A DNA stretch of 64,000 nucleotides from positions 62,001-126,000 of the forward strand of contig NIVC01000566.1 in assembly GCA_002269645.1 (NCBI GenBank), given 5' to 3'. Shown here piece after piece: positions 12,791 to 25,000 of the stretch. The stretch's first letter is position 1; each line of letters starts with the position of its first letter. The notes under the pieces were generated by a model, which saw only the letters and a program-made list of their open reading frames with translations, was not told the origin of the DNA and ran no database searches. A program made the position numbers and the translations under genes. The DNA comes from Macrostomum lignano (taxonomy: Eukaryota).

Positions 12791-14069
12791 CTAAGTATGA
12801 AAGCCGATCATTAAGGCATAAACCAACTATGGTTTATTAATCAATCCATCTATGGATATAAACAAAATCGATCCTATCTCAAAGCTTCACTTCCCTCAGG
12901 GCATTTTTGGCCCTTCGAACTGTTATTTTTAAACCTCCTCAGCCTCTTTTAACTCCGCTTGGCGGATGTCTCCTCCATCGATAAATCCTGCTCTCGTAAT
13001 CACTTCTCCCAGCATGGAACAAGAACAAAACAAGCTGTACAAATAAAAAGAACAGGTTGTACTTAGCCAACTTAACATTTTCGACGCTAGAAGTTCCATT
13101 AAATGCGACTCCTATCGGTGCGTCCTTGATTGCGCCGTCTTTAGCGCCCTTAATGGCGCCGTCTTTAGCGCTCTTAATGGCGTCCGCTTTGGCTGGCACC
13201 ATTCGAGGCATCATGCTTCGAAAGCAACCCCCTCCCTGTGCATTCAGTCTGCCCAGCGACCCCAAAATCGGACAGGCTAATATTTGCTAAAATGTAAGTT
13301 TTTGCTTCGCATCAGCGCACGCCGGGGAGCCCCACGGCGGCACGGGACACACTGTAATAATTTGTGCACCGGGAATGCCGCTGGCTCAGTCCGTTTCTCA
13401 CTCAGCAAACAATTAATTAATAGTTGGATCGAGTTCCTCCAGAGTAAACAAAGTGTCTGGTCTGGGTTTTGTACTTTTGGACTCAGAAGCGGCTGAGAAC
13501 TTCGGTCGGCTCCAGTGATGGTGCTGGATGATTCTGTGCAGCTAAGCATTGAATCTAAAATGAGCCAAGCCGGCTACTGATCCTGATTGCATTAACTGCA
13601 TATTGTAAAAGTGCATTACAATACGATTCGATGCCTCCGCACCATATTTAAATGATCGATAACCTTCATTGACCCTTTGATAGTACGCCGCATAAGCCTT
13701 TAAAGGGGCATCGCTACCCTCCACAGCACTTACGGGCGTAGAATGGTCATCGCTACCCTTCCTGACCAGGGAGTTGCATTGAAGCTTGCCACTAGATCGA
13801 CTTTTCCATGGCACCAATGCTCAACAATGCAGGGTCGCGACAATTGACTTTGGCACGATCCATAACTCAATTCATTTCGCTGCTCTTGCAATGTTTAACA
13901 ATGAAAAGATTATTTTCATTCCGCTTTTGGTTCTGACGGTTTGACTGACAGGAAGGGTACGTTTTGAAGCAACGCAATGAGGACATGATCGCGTTAGGTA
14001 ATGCAGATATAGTGAATAAGACTGCAACAGAAACTTTGACTTAGTTTTTTGTTTGGTTGTTAGCGCTTT

Positions 14070-15000
14070 TGAGGTTAGCGTTTGGGGTTGGCGGTTTTGG
14101 GGGGTAGGTGATTTCGGGGGTTGGCGGTTTGGGGGGTTGGTGATTTCGGGGGTTGGCGGTTGGGGGTTGGCGTATTGGGGGTTAGTTTGTTGGGGTTTGG
14201 CTTGTTGGGAAGTTGGCGTGTTGGGGTGTTGGTGCGTGTTGGGGTTGTCGTGTTGGAAGGTTGGCGTGTTGAGGATTGGCTTGTTGTGGGGTCGGCGTGT
14301 TGAGGGGTTGATGTGTTGGCTGGTTGGCCTGTTGGAGGGTTGGTGTGTTGGGGATTGGCGTGTTGGGGTTTAACTTGTTGGGGGTTGGCGTGTTGGGGAT
14401 TTGCTTGTTGTGGGGTCGGCGTGTTGAGGGGTTGATGTGTTGGCTGGTTGGCCTGTTGGAGGGTTGGTGTGTTGGGGATTGGCGTGTTGGGGTTTGACTT
14501 GTTGGGGTGTTGGTGCGTGTTGGGGGTTGTCGTGTTGGAGTGTTGGCGTGTTGGTGGTTGGCTTGTTGTGGGGTTGGCGTGTTGGGGGCTGACGTGTTGC
14601 GGGGGTGTGCGTGTTGGAGGGTTGGCGTGTTGCGGGGGTGGGCGTGTTGGAGAGTTGGCGTGTTGCGGGGGTGGGCGTGTTGGAGGGTTGGCGTGTTGCG
14701 GGGGTGGGCGTGTTGGAGGGTTGGCGTGTTGCGGGGGTGGGCGTGTTGGAGGGTTGGCGTGTTGCGGGGGTGGGCGTGTTGGAGGGTTGGCGTGTTGCGG
14801 GGGTGGGCGTGTTGGAGGGTTGGCGTGTTGCGGGGGTGGGCGTGTTGGAGGGTTGGCGTGTTGCGGGGGTGGGCGTGTTGGAGGGTTGGCGTGTTGCGGG
14901 GGTGGGCGTGTTGGAGGGTTGGCGTGTTGCGGGGGTGGGCGTGTTGGAGGGTTGGCGTGTTGCGGGGTGGGCGTGTTGGAGGGTTGGCGTGTTTGCGGTT
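14070..15000. repeat. G/T-rich repeat resolving into a 33-bp unit (gcgtgttggagggttggcgtgttgcgggggtgg)
   Basis: Degenerate 5' part, near-perfect 33-bp units from about 14610 to 14990. Confidence 0.95.
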
Positions 15001-15547
15001 GGTGCTGGCGGGTTGGCGCGTTTTGGATTGGAGCAGAGGGCTGCCAAGAATCCCTACTATTTCACTTATTACTTTTTCTTAAAACACTCCTGACGAAGCC
15101 TTGTCTCAATGCTCTGGGAATCTTAAAATAAAATATCCCCAGAAACAAGCTTCAGGATCGCTACCGGCTTTACCAAGAAGGCAGATGGTAGTGTTTTAGG
15201 TGCTCTGGTGTTGCTCTAATTAATTATTCACGACTTGCTTACTGGCCACGTTACTCAATTTTCCTCCGCATTCAGGTTGAGTCTGTCGGGCGGTAGCTGA
15301 AAATGAGCTGAGAGCGCCGAGAGCACCACATGGTTTCGCAGCTGGATAGGTGGAAATCGGGATATTTGATGGCTCAGCTGACTAGCAGCAGGGCTGGTTG
15401 AGAGAAGAAGTTTCTGAGCACAGTAAAAGCGAAGATCATTGATTTTTATATCGTTAAATGACTCAAATATTTCTTGGTAGTCGTTGCATCCGATTTTTGG
15501 CTTTGTCTGGGGCTTACTGTGTGTTTAATGTTAGTCTTACTCATTAC

Positions 15548-16540
15548 TTACACCAGCCATTAGCTACACCAGCCATTAGCTACACCAGCCATTAGCTACA
15601 CCAGCCATTAGTTACACCAGCCATTAGCTACACCAGCCATTACTTACACCAGCCATTAGCTACACCAGCCATTAGTTGCACCAGGCATTAGTGACACCAG
15701 CCATTAGCTACACCAGCCATTACTTACACCAGCCATTAGCTATACCAGCCATTAGTTGCACCAGGCATTAGTGACACCAGACATTAGCTACACCAGCCAT
15801 TAGCTACACCAGCCATTAGCTACACCAGGCATTAGCTACACCAGCCATTAGCTACACCAGCCATTACTTACACCAGCCATTAGTGACACCAGACATTAGC
15901 TACACCAGCCATTAGCTACACCAGCCATTAGCTACACCAGCCATTAGCTACACCAGCCATTAGCTACACCAGCCATTACTTACACCAGCCATTAGCTACA
16001 CCAGCCATTAGTTGCACCAGGCATTAGTGACACCAGCCATTAGCTACACCAGCCATTACTTACACCAGCCATTAGCTATACCAGCCATTAGTTGCACCAG
16101 GCATTAGTGACACCAGACATTAGCTACACCAGCCATTAGCTACACCAGCCATTAGCTACACCAGCCATTAGCTACACCAGCCATTAGCTACACCAGCCAT
16201 TACTTACACCAGCCATTAGCTATACCAGCCATTAGTTGCACCAGGCATTAGTGACACCAGACATTAGCTACACCAGCCATTAGCTACACCAGCCATTAGC
16301 TACACCAGCCATTAGCTACACCAGTCATTAGCTACACCAGCCATTAGCTACACCAGCCATTAGCTACACCAGTCATTAGCTACACCAGTCATTAGCTACA
16401 CCAGCCATTAGCTACACCAGCCATTAGCTACACCAGCCATTAGCTACACCAGTCATTAGCTACACCAGCCATTAGCTACACCAGCCATTAGCTACACCAG
16501 TCATTAGCTACACCAGTCATTAGTTGCACCAGCCATTCAC
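15548..16540. repeat. 16-bp minisatellite (acaccagccattagct)
   Basis: About 60 tandem copies with recurring variant blocks. Confidence 0.97.
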
Positions 16541-18714
16541 TAACTCAAGGATACTGAATTAGCAAGAAAGGCTAATATAGTTACTTGCTGTCTAAAACTC
16601 TGCCAAACCTTTAATTCTGCTGTTAAGGCACAATACAAAGGCAGGATTAACGTGCACCAACTGCTTATCCGGCGATTCTCAAAAGTTTTGCGTGACGCCC
16701 AGCTCAGATCGTTGAGTCAGCTGTCTCCAGCTCAATCGATACTCATGCCTACAACCGCCGAACTCCAGCGCGAGCACAGATGGCCAAACTGAGACACACG
16801 AAAGCCCCCAGAACTTTGTCGTTTCGGCACGAAATGGCAATCGAGTTGAGAAAATTGAGATTTGCTCTCAGAAGTTGACCATCTCAAGTGGCTGGAATCG
16901 GCCGAAACCAATTCGAGACTTGAGCAACTTCTTCAAGACAACACGGAAGAAGTTCTCAACGATTCAGAGGCAACTCTCTGGCTTTGCCACTCAGCCAGCT
17001 CACAAGCAGGGGATTAGGGCAGAGCCTCCGCATCCCGGACACTCGGATCTGCCCCATTCCGCTGCCGATTGCGTAACAGCAATTTCTGATGCCCCGGCAC
17101 CGAAATTCGGCCCAATTTCCTGGACAGAATGAGACACAATCGCGGCCTGAACTTGCCTCCCACCGGGGATTTCTGCACAGGGAGACGGATAGGGTGAAGA
17201 AGGGGAAAAAAGAGACAGAGCAAGCGATTGACGAGGGCAAGGGAAATTTGCGAATGGCATTAATTCCCCTGCATTCGAATTCGGGAGGTGAGACTGACCG
17301 AGTCAAGGGAGTTGGGGAGCTTCTCCGACTTTTCCCCTAATCTTCGCCGCCCTAATTTATCCCATACATTTAGGGGCGGCCTGACTCAATCATCGCGCTT
17401 TCCGATCAGTCCGACTAACCTTGATTTCCACGCAGCTGATGACCTCCGAGGCGGCTTTCACACCTCACTGAGCTCGCGCGAGTAAATGCTTTGCTCAATA
17501 CGAGAGTATGCCCCCAGCTCTCCTTCATCATTTTGACTCTTTCTCTGAAAGAATATTCATATCTACTAAAGTATGCCGCCAGTATGCCAAATGCAGAGCT
17601 GCAACCACACTCATCAACTCCTTCAGTCCTTCAAAGGCCCATCTTTGGCGGCATAGATCAAAGACTCTCAGTAGTGAGGGTTTATGAGGATGGAGGCAAG
17701 ATCTGCAGTCACGCAAATCCTAGCCACTGCTGCACTGGCTTATCTGCAGGTTGCCAAGCTCAGGTGGGAAGCACTACAAATGCGGAGCGATCGTCCTACA
17801 TATCCCAAATATCCCACAGTCCTGAGTCCTACGCGTGAGGCCATTGACACGCGAATCGCACTCAACTAATGCCTTCTTGTGTCCCTGTGTTCTCGCCAAA
17901 TTTGAATATCGAATGCTCTCCTTGGAACCCCGGGGCTCATAGCTTCGATATTTGGTTTCGTGTAGTAATTTTCAGTTCAATTTCTGTATAAATTTTTTCC
18001 CATCTCGAGGCTGGCCTTCGAGAAGCCCCAGGTCCATATTCGTGCACGAGCCGCAGATGAATGCCTGTCTACATGTAATTCATTCCGTGCATGCCAATGC
18101 GCACAGTCGGGCCATTTCCTGTTTGCCTTGACAGCGGTGTTGCCATGGCCTTTCCAGTTGTTTTAGTCAAGCAAATGGCGCAGAGAAGCCGCGTCAGTCG
18201 GCCGGCATCCGGTCGCAAATTGAGCTTGCCAAGCCGACAGGCAAGGGGGCGAATCGAATTACACAAGCGGTTGGGCGCGTCAGCATGTCACCTCTCTTTG
18301 TACGAGCGGAATTTTGCTGAAAGAAGTCGCCGAGATAATGGCCTTTGGGGCAGTTTTATTGCTTCATAATAATTTTTCCTGGGGGACAGAGGGCCCTCTT
18401 CATGCTGTTGCTAATTGCAGCAAAAGCGCAGTGAGTTACGGCTGTCTTCTCGCACATGCCAGAGAGCGGAGCCGAGTTACTGACCGATTGATAAGTATAG
18501 TTTAGGAATTGCATTCAAACTATGCTACTGAATTAGGAATCGTTAGTAGTAACTTGAGGAAAATATAAGCATAATTGCTACTGTTGGAAGGAAATCATTA
18601 AATACTGAGAGCATTGAAGCTTCAACAAGAGCTCGGAATAAAGAAATTTTAATTCGACAGTCTGCAATTAAGTGTTCTGAATTATCCGGCTCCATCACAG
18701 CCTCCTGGGTCCGC

Positions 18715-21013
18715 TTAAACTAGACGGGCCGGGACCTCCAGGCAGACAAAGTCGACTTCCTTGGCATCGGCGAGCTCCCATTTGACGACCACGCCAACCT
18801 GGTCGGGTTAAACAACGGCAGGTGCAAAAATAAACAAAAACGGACAAGAGTTAGAGCCGTGGAGTCAGATACGACACGAATAAGCAGACAGAACTTGAAT
18901 CAAAGACAGAATAGGATAAACTGGCATGAATCTGGAGCACTCACAGCTGGGTAGCTGCTTTTGACCTGCAGAGTTGATGTGTACACAGCCTGGGTGCCGG
19001 CCTTCAGCGGGCAAGCAGGTGCCATCGAGTCGCAGGCGTTCGTGTCGGGCAGCGGAAACGGCACGGGGATTTTGGCGACAATGCCGTGAACCACCGCCTT
19101 CACGCTGGTGCTGTTCTCGGACGGTGTGAAGGTGATCTTGATCTGTGCATTCGTGCCTCTAGGCAGCTCGCAGGGAATCTTCGGACACGGGGTCACGTCT
19201 AGACTGTCGATCTTGCCGGCTTTGGAGCCTGCGAAGGGTTTGGAATACAGCTAGAGAACCCTGTGAGCAACGGGATTCCGTAAAACCCATCATGGGTTAA
19301 TATGAAATAGCCTACTACCGAGTAGCGAGAAAAGAGTGTGAAGCGAATCTCTTATGGCGTGTGCAAAAGTTTAGAGTGGGAAGCAGTCATGCCCATTCCA
19401 CCGACCCCCGAGCACGAGCAAGCACACGGATACGCTCACATAGGATGCACAGCGGCCCTGATTTTCTCAGAGTGTCACGCATGTTCACACTGTACCTTGG
19501 TGGTTTGCCCTTAATATGCGAGAATTTCCCCACAAGTCCTTGAAAATACATTTATGTACGAATCCAGAATTTGGTTAATCTAACTTAACCGTAAATCCAG
19601 TCTCTCATAAAAACCTTGGTACAACAGACGCCCATGAAAACAGAAGGGGTAGCAGCCCTCTAGGAGATTCAGAAGGGCAGCAGCACTCCAAACACTCCAA
19701 CCTCTCCATGAAACACAGAAGGGGCAGCAGCCCATGAAACAGACTTCAGGGGCAGCAGGCCTCCATGAAACACAGAAGGGGCAGCAGGCCTCCATGAAAC
19801 ACAGAAGGGGCAGCAGCCCTCCATGAAACACAGAAGGGGCAGCAGCCCTCCAGGAAACACAGAAGGGGCAGCAGGCCTCCAGGAAACACAGAAGGGGCAG
19901 CAGGCCTCCAGAAAACACAGAAGGGGCAGCAGCCCTCCAGGAAACACAGAAGGGGCAGCAGGCCTCCAGGAAACACAGAAGGGGAAGCAGCCCTCCAGGA
20001 AACACAGAAGGGGCAGCAGCCCTCCAGGAAAAACAGAAGGGGCAGCAGGCCTCCAGGAAAGACAGAAGGGGCAGCAGCCCTCCATGAAACACAGAAGGGG
20101 CAGCAGCCCTCCATGAAACACAGAAGGGGCAGCAGCCCTCCAGGAAAAACAGAAGGGGCAGCAGGCCTCCATGAAACACAGAAGGGGCAGCAGCCCTCCA
20201 TGAAACACAGAAGGGGCAGCAGCCCTCCAGGAAAAACAGAAGGGGCAGCAGGCCTCCAGGAAACACAGAAGGGGCAGCAGCCCTCCATGAAACACAGAAG
20301 GGGAAGCAGCCCTCCAGGAAACACAGAAGGGGCAGCAGGCCTCCATGAAACACAGAAGGGGCAGCAGCCCTCCAGGAAACACAGAAGGGGCAGCAGCCCT
20401 CCATGAAACACAGAAGGGGAAGCAGCCCTCCAGGAAACACAGAAGGGGCAGCAGCCCTCCAGGAAACACAGAAGGGGCAGCAGGCCTCCAGGAAACACAG
20501 AAGGGGAAGCAGCCCTCCATGAAACACAGAAGGGGCAGCAGCCCTCCATGAAACACAGAAGGGGCAGCAGCCCTCCATGAAAAACAGAAGGGGCAGCAGC
20601 CCTCCATGAAAAACAGAAGGGGAAGCAGCCCTTTATGAAACACAGAAGGGGCAGCAGCCCTCCATGAAAAACAGAAGGGGCAGCAGCCCTCCATGAAAAA
20701 CAGAAGGGGCAGCAGCCCTCCATGAAACACAGAAGGGGCAGCAGGCCTCCAGGAAACACAGAAGGGGCAGCAGCCCTCCAGGAAACACAGAAAGTGCAGC
20801 AGGCCTCCAGGAAACACAGAAGGGGCAGCAGCCCTCCAGGAAACACAGAAGGGGCAGCAGCCCTCCAGGAAAAACAGAAGGGGAAGCACATCCTTTGACC
20901 CCGTGACGCAGTGACATGGCAGTCAGCTTACCGCAGTCGACAAACTTAGTGACAGGATCGCAGATAACGCCGCCGATCAAAAGAGCCAGCAAAATAGCCA
21001 CTGAACGAAGCAT
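18715..21013 (-). CDS. NPC2: NPC2 / ML-domain sterol-binding protein, 149 aa, 3 exons
   Basis: Exons 21013-20932, 19228-18945 and 18798-18715 join in frame with GT-AG sites. Signal peptide MLRSVAILLALLIGGVIC followed by the NPC2-like pattern FVDCGS...VTPCPKIPCELPRG...VPFPLPDTNAC...CPLKAG...SYPA...VVVKWEL...FVCLEVP. Confidence 0.93.
19700..20890. repeat. 29-bp minisatellite (gaaacacagaaggggcagcagccctccag) filling NPC2 intron 1
   Basis: About 40 tandem copies starting ~40 bp inside the exon 1 donor. Confidence 0.97.
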
Positions 21014-22068
21014 TGCGGCTTGCGAGCTAGAAAAAATTTCAGAAACTGTGAAGCAACGGATTCAACAGAAGCTGCAGAATCAGCACGCCTGCCTACCAAT
21101 TGAAACAGTTGATCTATATAGAAGTGTTTATGCAGCGAGACAAAACTGCACACAGCTTACAAGTTAGAGAAAGTCTCTAATTGCACTGAATAACTGATGT
21201 AGTGTATTTCTAATCAAAAGACAGCATCTGTCAGCTTAAAAGTTTTAGCCAATGCAAGTTAAAACAACGCCAATGGTACTACGTATCGTGCAGATAGAGC
21301 TGGGTTTTCAGATGTTTTGACGCAAAAAACGCAAATTATACTACTATCTGAAAATGAAGTAAGTAGTATACAAAAACGCTATCCTAAGCGTGATATATGG
21401 CAATATGTAGTTGTAATAATCCATGTGCTCATATATGTACATTAATTCCATGTACATTAATCCCTATCTATCTCAAATTGGATATGTACATTAATTCCAT
21501 GTACATTAATCCATATCTCAAATGTCCATGTCTATCCCCAATTCTATATGTACACAGTATGTGCATTAATCTACACTCTACATGTACAGTGTCATCCCCA
21601 GACGGTCTGAGCGCGCACCAAAATTACATGTACAATACTACATGTACGCAGAGGCGAGAATTACTAATCTCATCTACTACCAAATGAGTCAACTAACAGT
21701 GTAGCGTACATCATGTATAAGTATTTACAATGAAGATATATTTACATTTAATCAGTAGCATATTACAGGAATCGAGACATGTACACCATCACCAGCAAAT
21801 AGAATATACAGAAAATTTTACATTGTTTTTTCAATAATTTTCTCTTCATAAATGATTTTAAACAGGTTTGACATGTAAAATATGTACAATAGATTTTTAC
21901 ATTGGCAATTTCGCCACACACAATACAAAAATGCTCTATGTACATGAATTATATATATACAGCAAATAGATTCTGATAAATACAGCAGTATTACAATGCA
22001 AATTATGTACAATAAATAGATTTTACTAATTTAATATTGCAAAATGTACATTGAATTGTCAGTCACCA

Positions 22069-25000
22069 TTATTTATAGCCATAAGGCCTGCTGCAGGTCC
22101 CGTACACACGTTTCGTCAGGACGCGCTGAAACGTCTTGTCCATACTAACAGTGTGTATGGTGCAAGACGCCTTGTCGCGCCTGAACTGAAACTGCGGCAG
22201 TTTCAGGGAGCCGCCGTGTAGTAGGGCACTGCGCAATTCGTCGCTGCGTTCCCGAATCTCCGGAGTCAGGCGGATGCCCTTGCATTTCAGGACTTGGCTC
22301 TGGACTCCGGCCGCATCCTCGACAATGTAAGTGTAGAGCTTGGGCCCTCCACTTACAAAGTCGGTCATCCGGCTGCCTGCGGGCACCTCGTCGGTCCACA
22401 TTCCGAGGCTCGTGCCATGGGGCGGCTCCCATTGGCCCTCGGAATGCCGGTAAACGACCCTGGGTGTGGGGAGAGAGATAATTAGTTCCACATGCCAACT
22501 ATTCAATTCTAAAATAATTTATCAATGCATTACTTACGAGTCAGTTCGCAGTAAATGGCCCGTTCGCCGAGCCCCTCCAATGCCTCGTACAGGCGCAGCC
22601 GGGCCTGCGTGGTCGTAAAGACACCGATTGGCACATTGGAGTACCGGAAGGGCCGCTGATTAAAGTAGCGGTGCCGGTACTCTAGCAGCATAAACTCGCT
22701 GCCAATCGGTTCGCAGGCCTTGACTTTGAGGTTGGGGTCGGTCAGCCGGGCGAGCCAGTCCTCGTAGCTGGATACTATTTCTGTCGATGTCAGGTCGTCA
22801 CGCTGACAAAATTTGCCCCAGAGCCTGTGTGTTGTGAAAAGAAGTGCTACTATTAGTAGAAGAAAATCGTTTAAAAAACAGAATTTATAATTACTTACGA
22901 ATTCAAAAAGATTTTCGCTACAAAGCGAAGTCCGGGGTTGGGCTCGACCTTGTCCAGCGTGACGCCCTCCTTTGCAAAGAAATCGGCAATATAGGCGGCC
23001 TTGTCTTCATCCGACATGCCGGGGGAGCCGCTCGACTCAGCCTTCAATTTGAGGAAGGTGCTGACATAGTCACTGAACAGACCGGTCCGCTTCTCTGTCC
23101 AGTAGGCTAGCTCGTGCACCACCTGCAGCCGGTAGCCCAACTGGAAGGCCTTCCGCAGCTCCGGCGTGGCCCAGGTACCAGTCAGTGCCCGCTGCTCGTC
23201 TGAGTGGTCACAATCGTCGCCGCACTGCTGCTCCATACAGGTGCGGCAAAGCCCAAAAAAGAGCTTCTTTTGCACTCTGTACGGCAGCAGCGGAATGTGC
23301 AAATTTGACGGCGGCAACACAGTTACTTTGGCAATACCAAAGTAACTAGCCAGCGCGTCAGAATCTAGCACTTGCGGCGTCGGATGTTGCACCGGGTGGC
23401 CAATCGGGTACGGGTCCTTTGACTGCACCGTCGGGTACAGAGAGACCTGCCAGTTGAAATAAAACATTATTTTCATAAACTGTATTTTTGCAAAATATTC
23501 TACTATATTAGTAGTATCACTACTCACCACATCCCGATATTTGAGAGTCTCAGTCTCGCTGGCCACAGCATGCGGGATAAAACACTCTACGCGGCCGCCA
23601 TAGAGAGCATCTTCCATCTTGAGTGGAGCGCGCAGATGTGCAGTTGCGGCGATAAAGTCGGCCTGCGGTGCCAATACAGTGTCGTATTCATGCTCCCAAA
23701 TGACACGAACACTGTAATTGTGCCGCTCCAACTCGCGAGTGAACCACTCGGTCTCGTGGCGGATATGGCTCAGAGGCTGCCGTTTGAGCGGGTGGACAGC
23801 ATCCTGATCAGGCATGCACTGCTCGCAGCCATGGTAGAAACAGCCATGAAACTGCAAGACAGTGTTGCTCGCCTCATCAAAACCATCCACCTTGCGGCCG
23901 AGAATGACCGCCTCGCCGTCAGTCGAGTCGCAGGTGCGCAGCCGCCCGCCAAATTCGGTGGCATTCAAATAGGTCAGCCACTTGCGCGCCTTGAATGACT
24001 GCTGGTCGGCCTGCCGGGCAATCACGCCGACCGAGTTGGGCTCCATAAATCGGGTGGTGAAAACGGCCATTGCCAAACTGGCAATCGTATTGGCCTGTAC
24101 AAACGGTTCCAGGCCGTCGCAAATGTCTCCAATTATTGCCCTGTACTTGATACAGCCCTCGCGAAGCAGGACTGTGTCGCTCAAACAATAATCGAGATAT
24201 TCCCGATTAAAGTTGAACAACTCGCCCTGTCGCGAGGCTAGCCAAGCACAGATTGAGTCATAGTCCTTGTTTGCTTTGCCGCCATAATACTCAATGGCCG
24301 GGTAGGAGCCCACGTAGTTCCAATTAGCCGGCTTGTTGAACTCGTGGGGAAACGTCCCCTTGGCCAGCTTTGTGTCAGCGAGCCCCAGCGCTTTTGGGAA
24401 TTGCGCAAGCGGGATTGGTATGAAATTTAACGAATCTTTGAATACCAATTTATCCACCGTCATGCTCATTAGCCGGCTGCCCTGGAACAGTACTTGTGGC
24501 CGCTTCTTGGCCAGGCCGTTGAGTAGAGCGCCAAGCAGTAGAAACGAATCGTAGCCTGATGCATTATGCGCTACAACAATGGCGCCGCCTCGGAAAGCTG
24601 TGCTCAGCCAGGCGAAAAATGCATTCAGCGAGGCCGGGCCCACAGACACAAAATCGGCCATTTGGCAGGCGCAGTCTGAGTGGCTGACGCAATTGGAGAA
24701 TTCCTCCCCCAGATCGCGGCCAGTCAGACAATTGGCGGCGCTATGCAGGCCATTGCAGAGGCGGCAAGTCTCGCGCGGAAACGCCCGGCCGGAGCAGGTC
24801 TCGCAGCACGTGACGGCAGTCACCAGGTGCACGTGATGCTGCTTCTCCTCGTCCGTGTATGTTTCCGTATCGTAGAACACGTACGGCATAGTTGATGCTT
24901 TCACTTTGGGAGCCTTGACGAAGCACAAATGCGAGCCGGCCTCGTCGTACTGTTTACACAGTGGGCACTTGATGTGCCCGCATTTGTGCTCCGGCTCCTT

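Noticed and set aside
14370-15131. Repetitive ORFs (PATRQPSNT, GGRVGGLACC)
   Set aside because: 33-bp tandem repeat, open on both strands, no coding evidence.
16560-18500. Several 60-116 aa ORFs downstream of NPC2 (also 35060-35713)
   Set aside because: No recognisable domains, no consistent splice model, and ORFs overlap on both strands.
19580-20891. Cys-rich 332-406 aa ORFs that look like metallothionein or keratin-associated proteins
   Set aside because: Translations of the 29-bp array inside NPC2 intron 1; flanking splice sites give a complete NPC2 without them.
23447-23527. In-frame 27-aa insertion in pPolB as read by the ORF track
   Set aside because: Has GTGAGT donor, AT-rich body and CAG acceptor, and its removal restores the DVVSLYP motif; treated as an intron.
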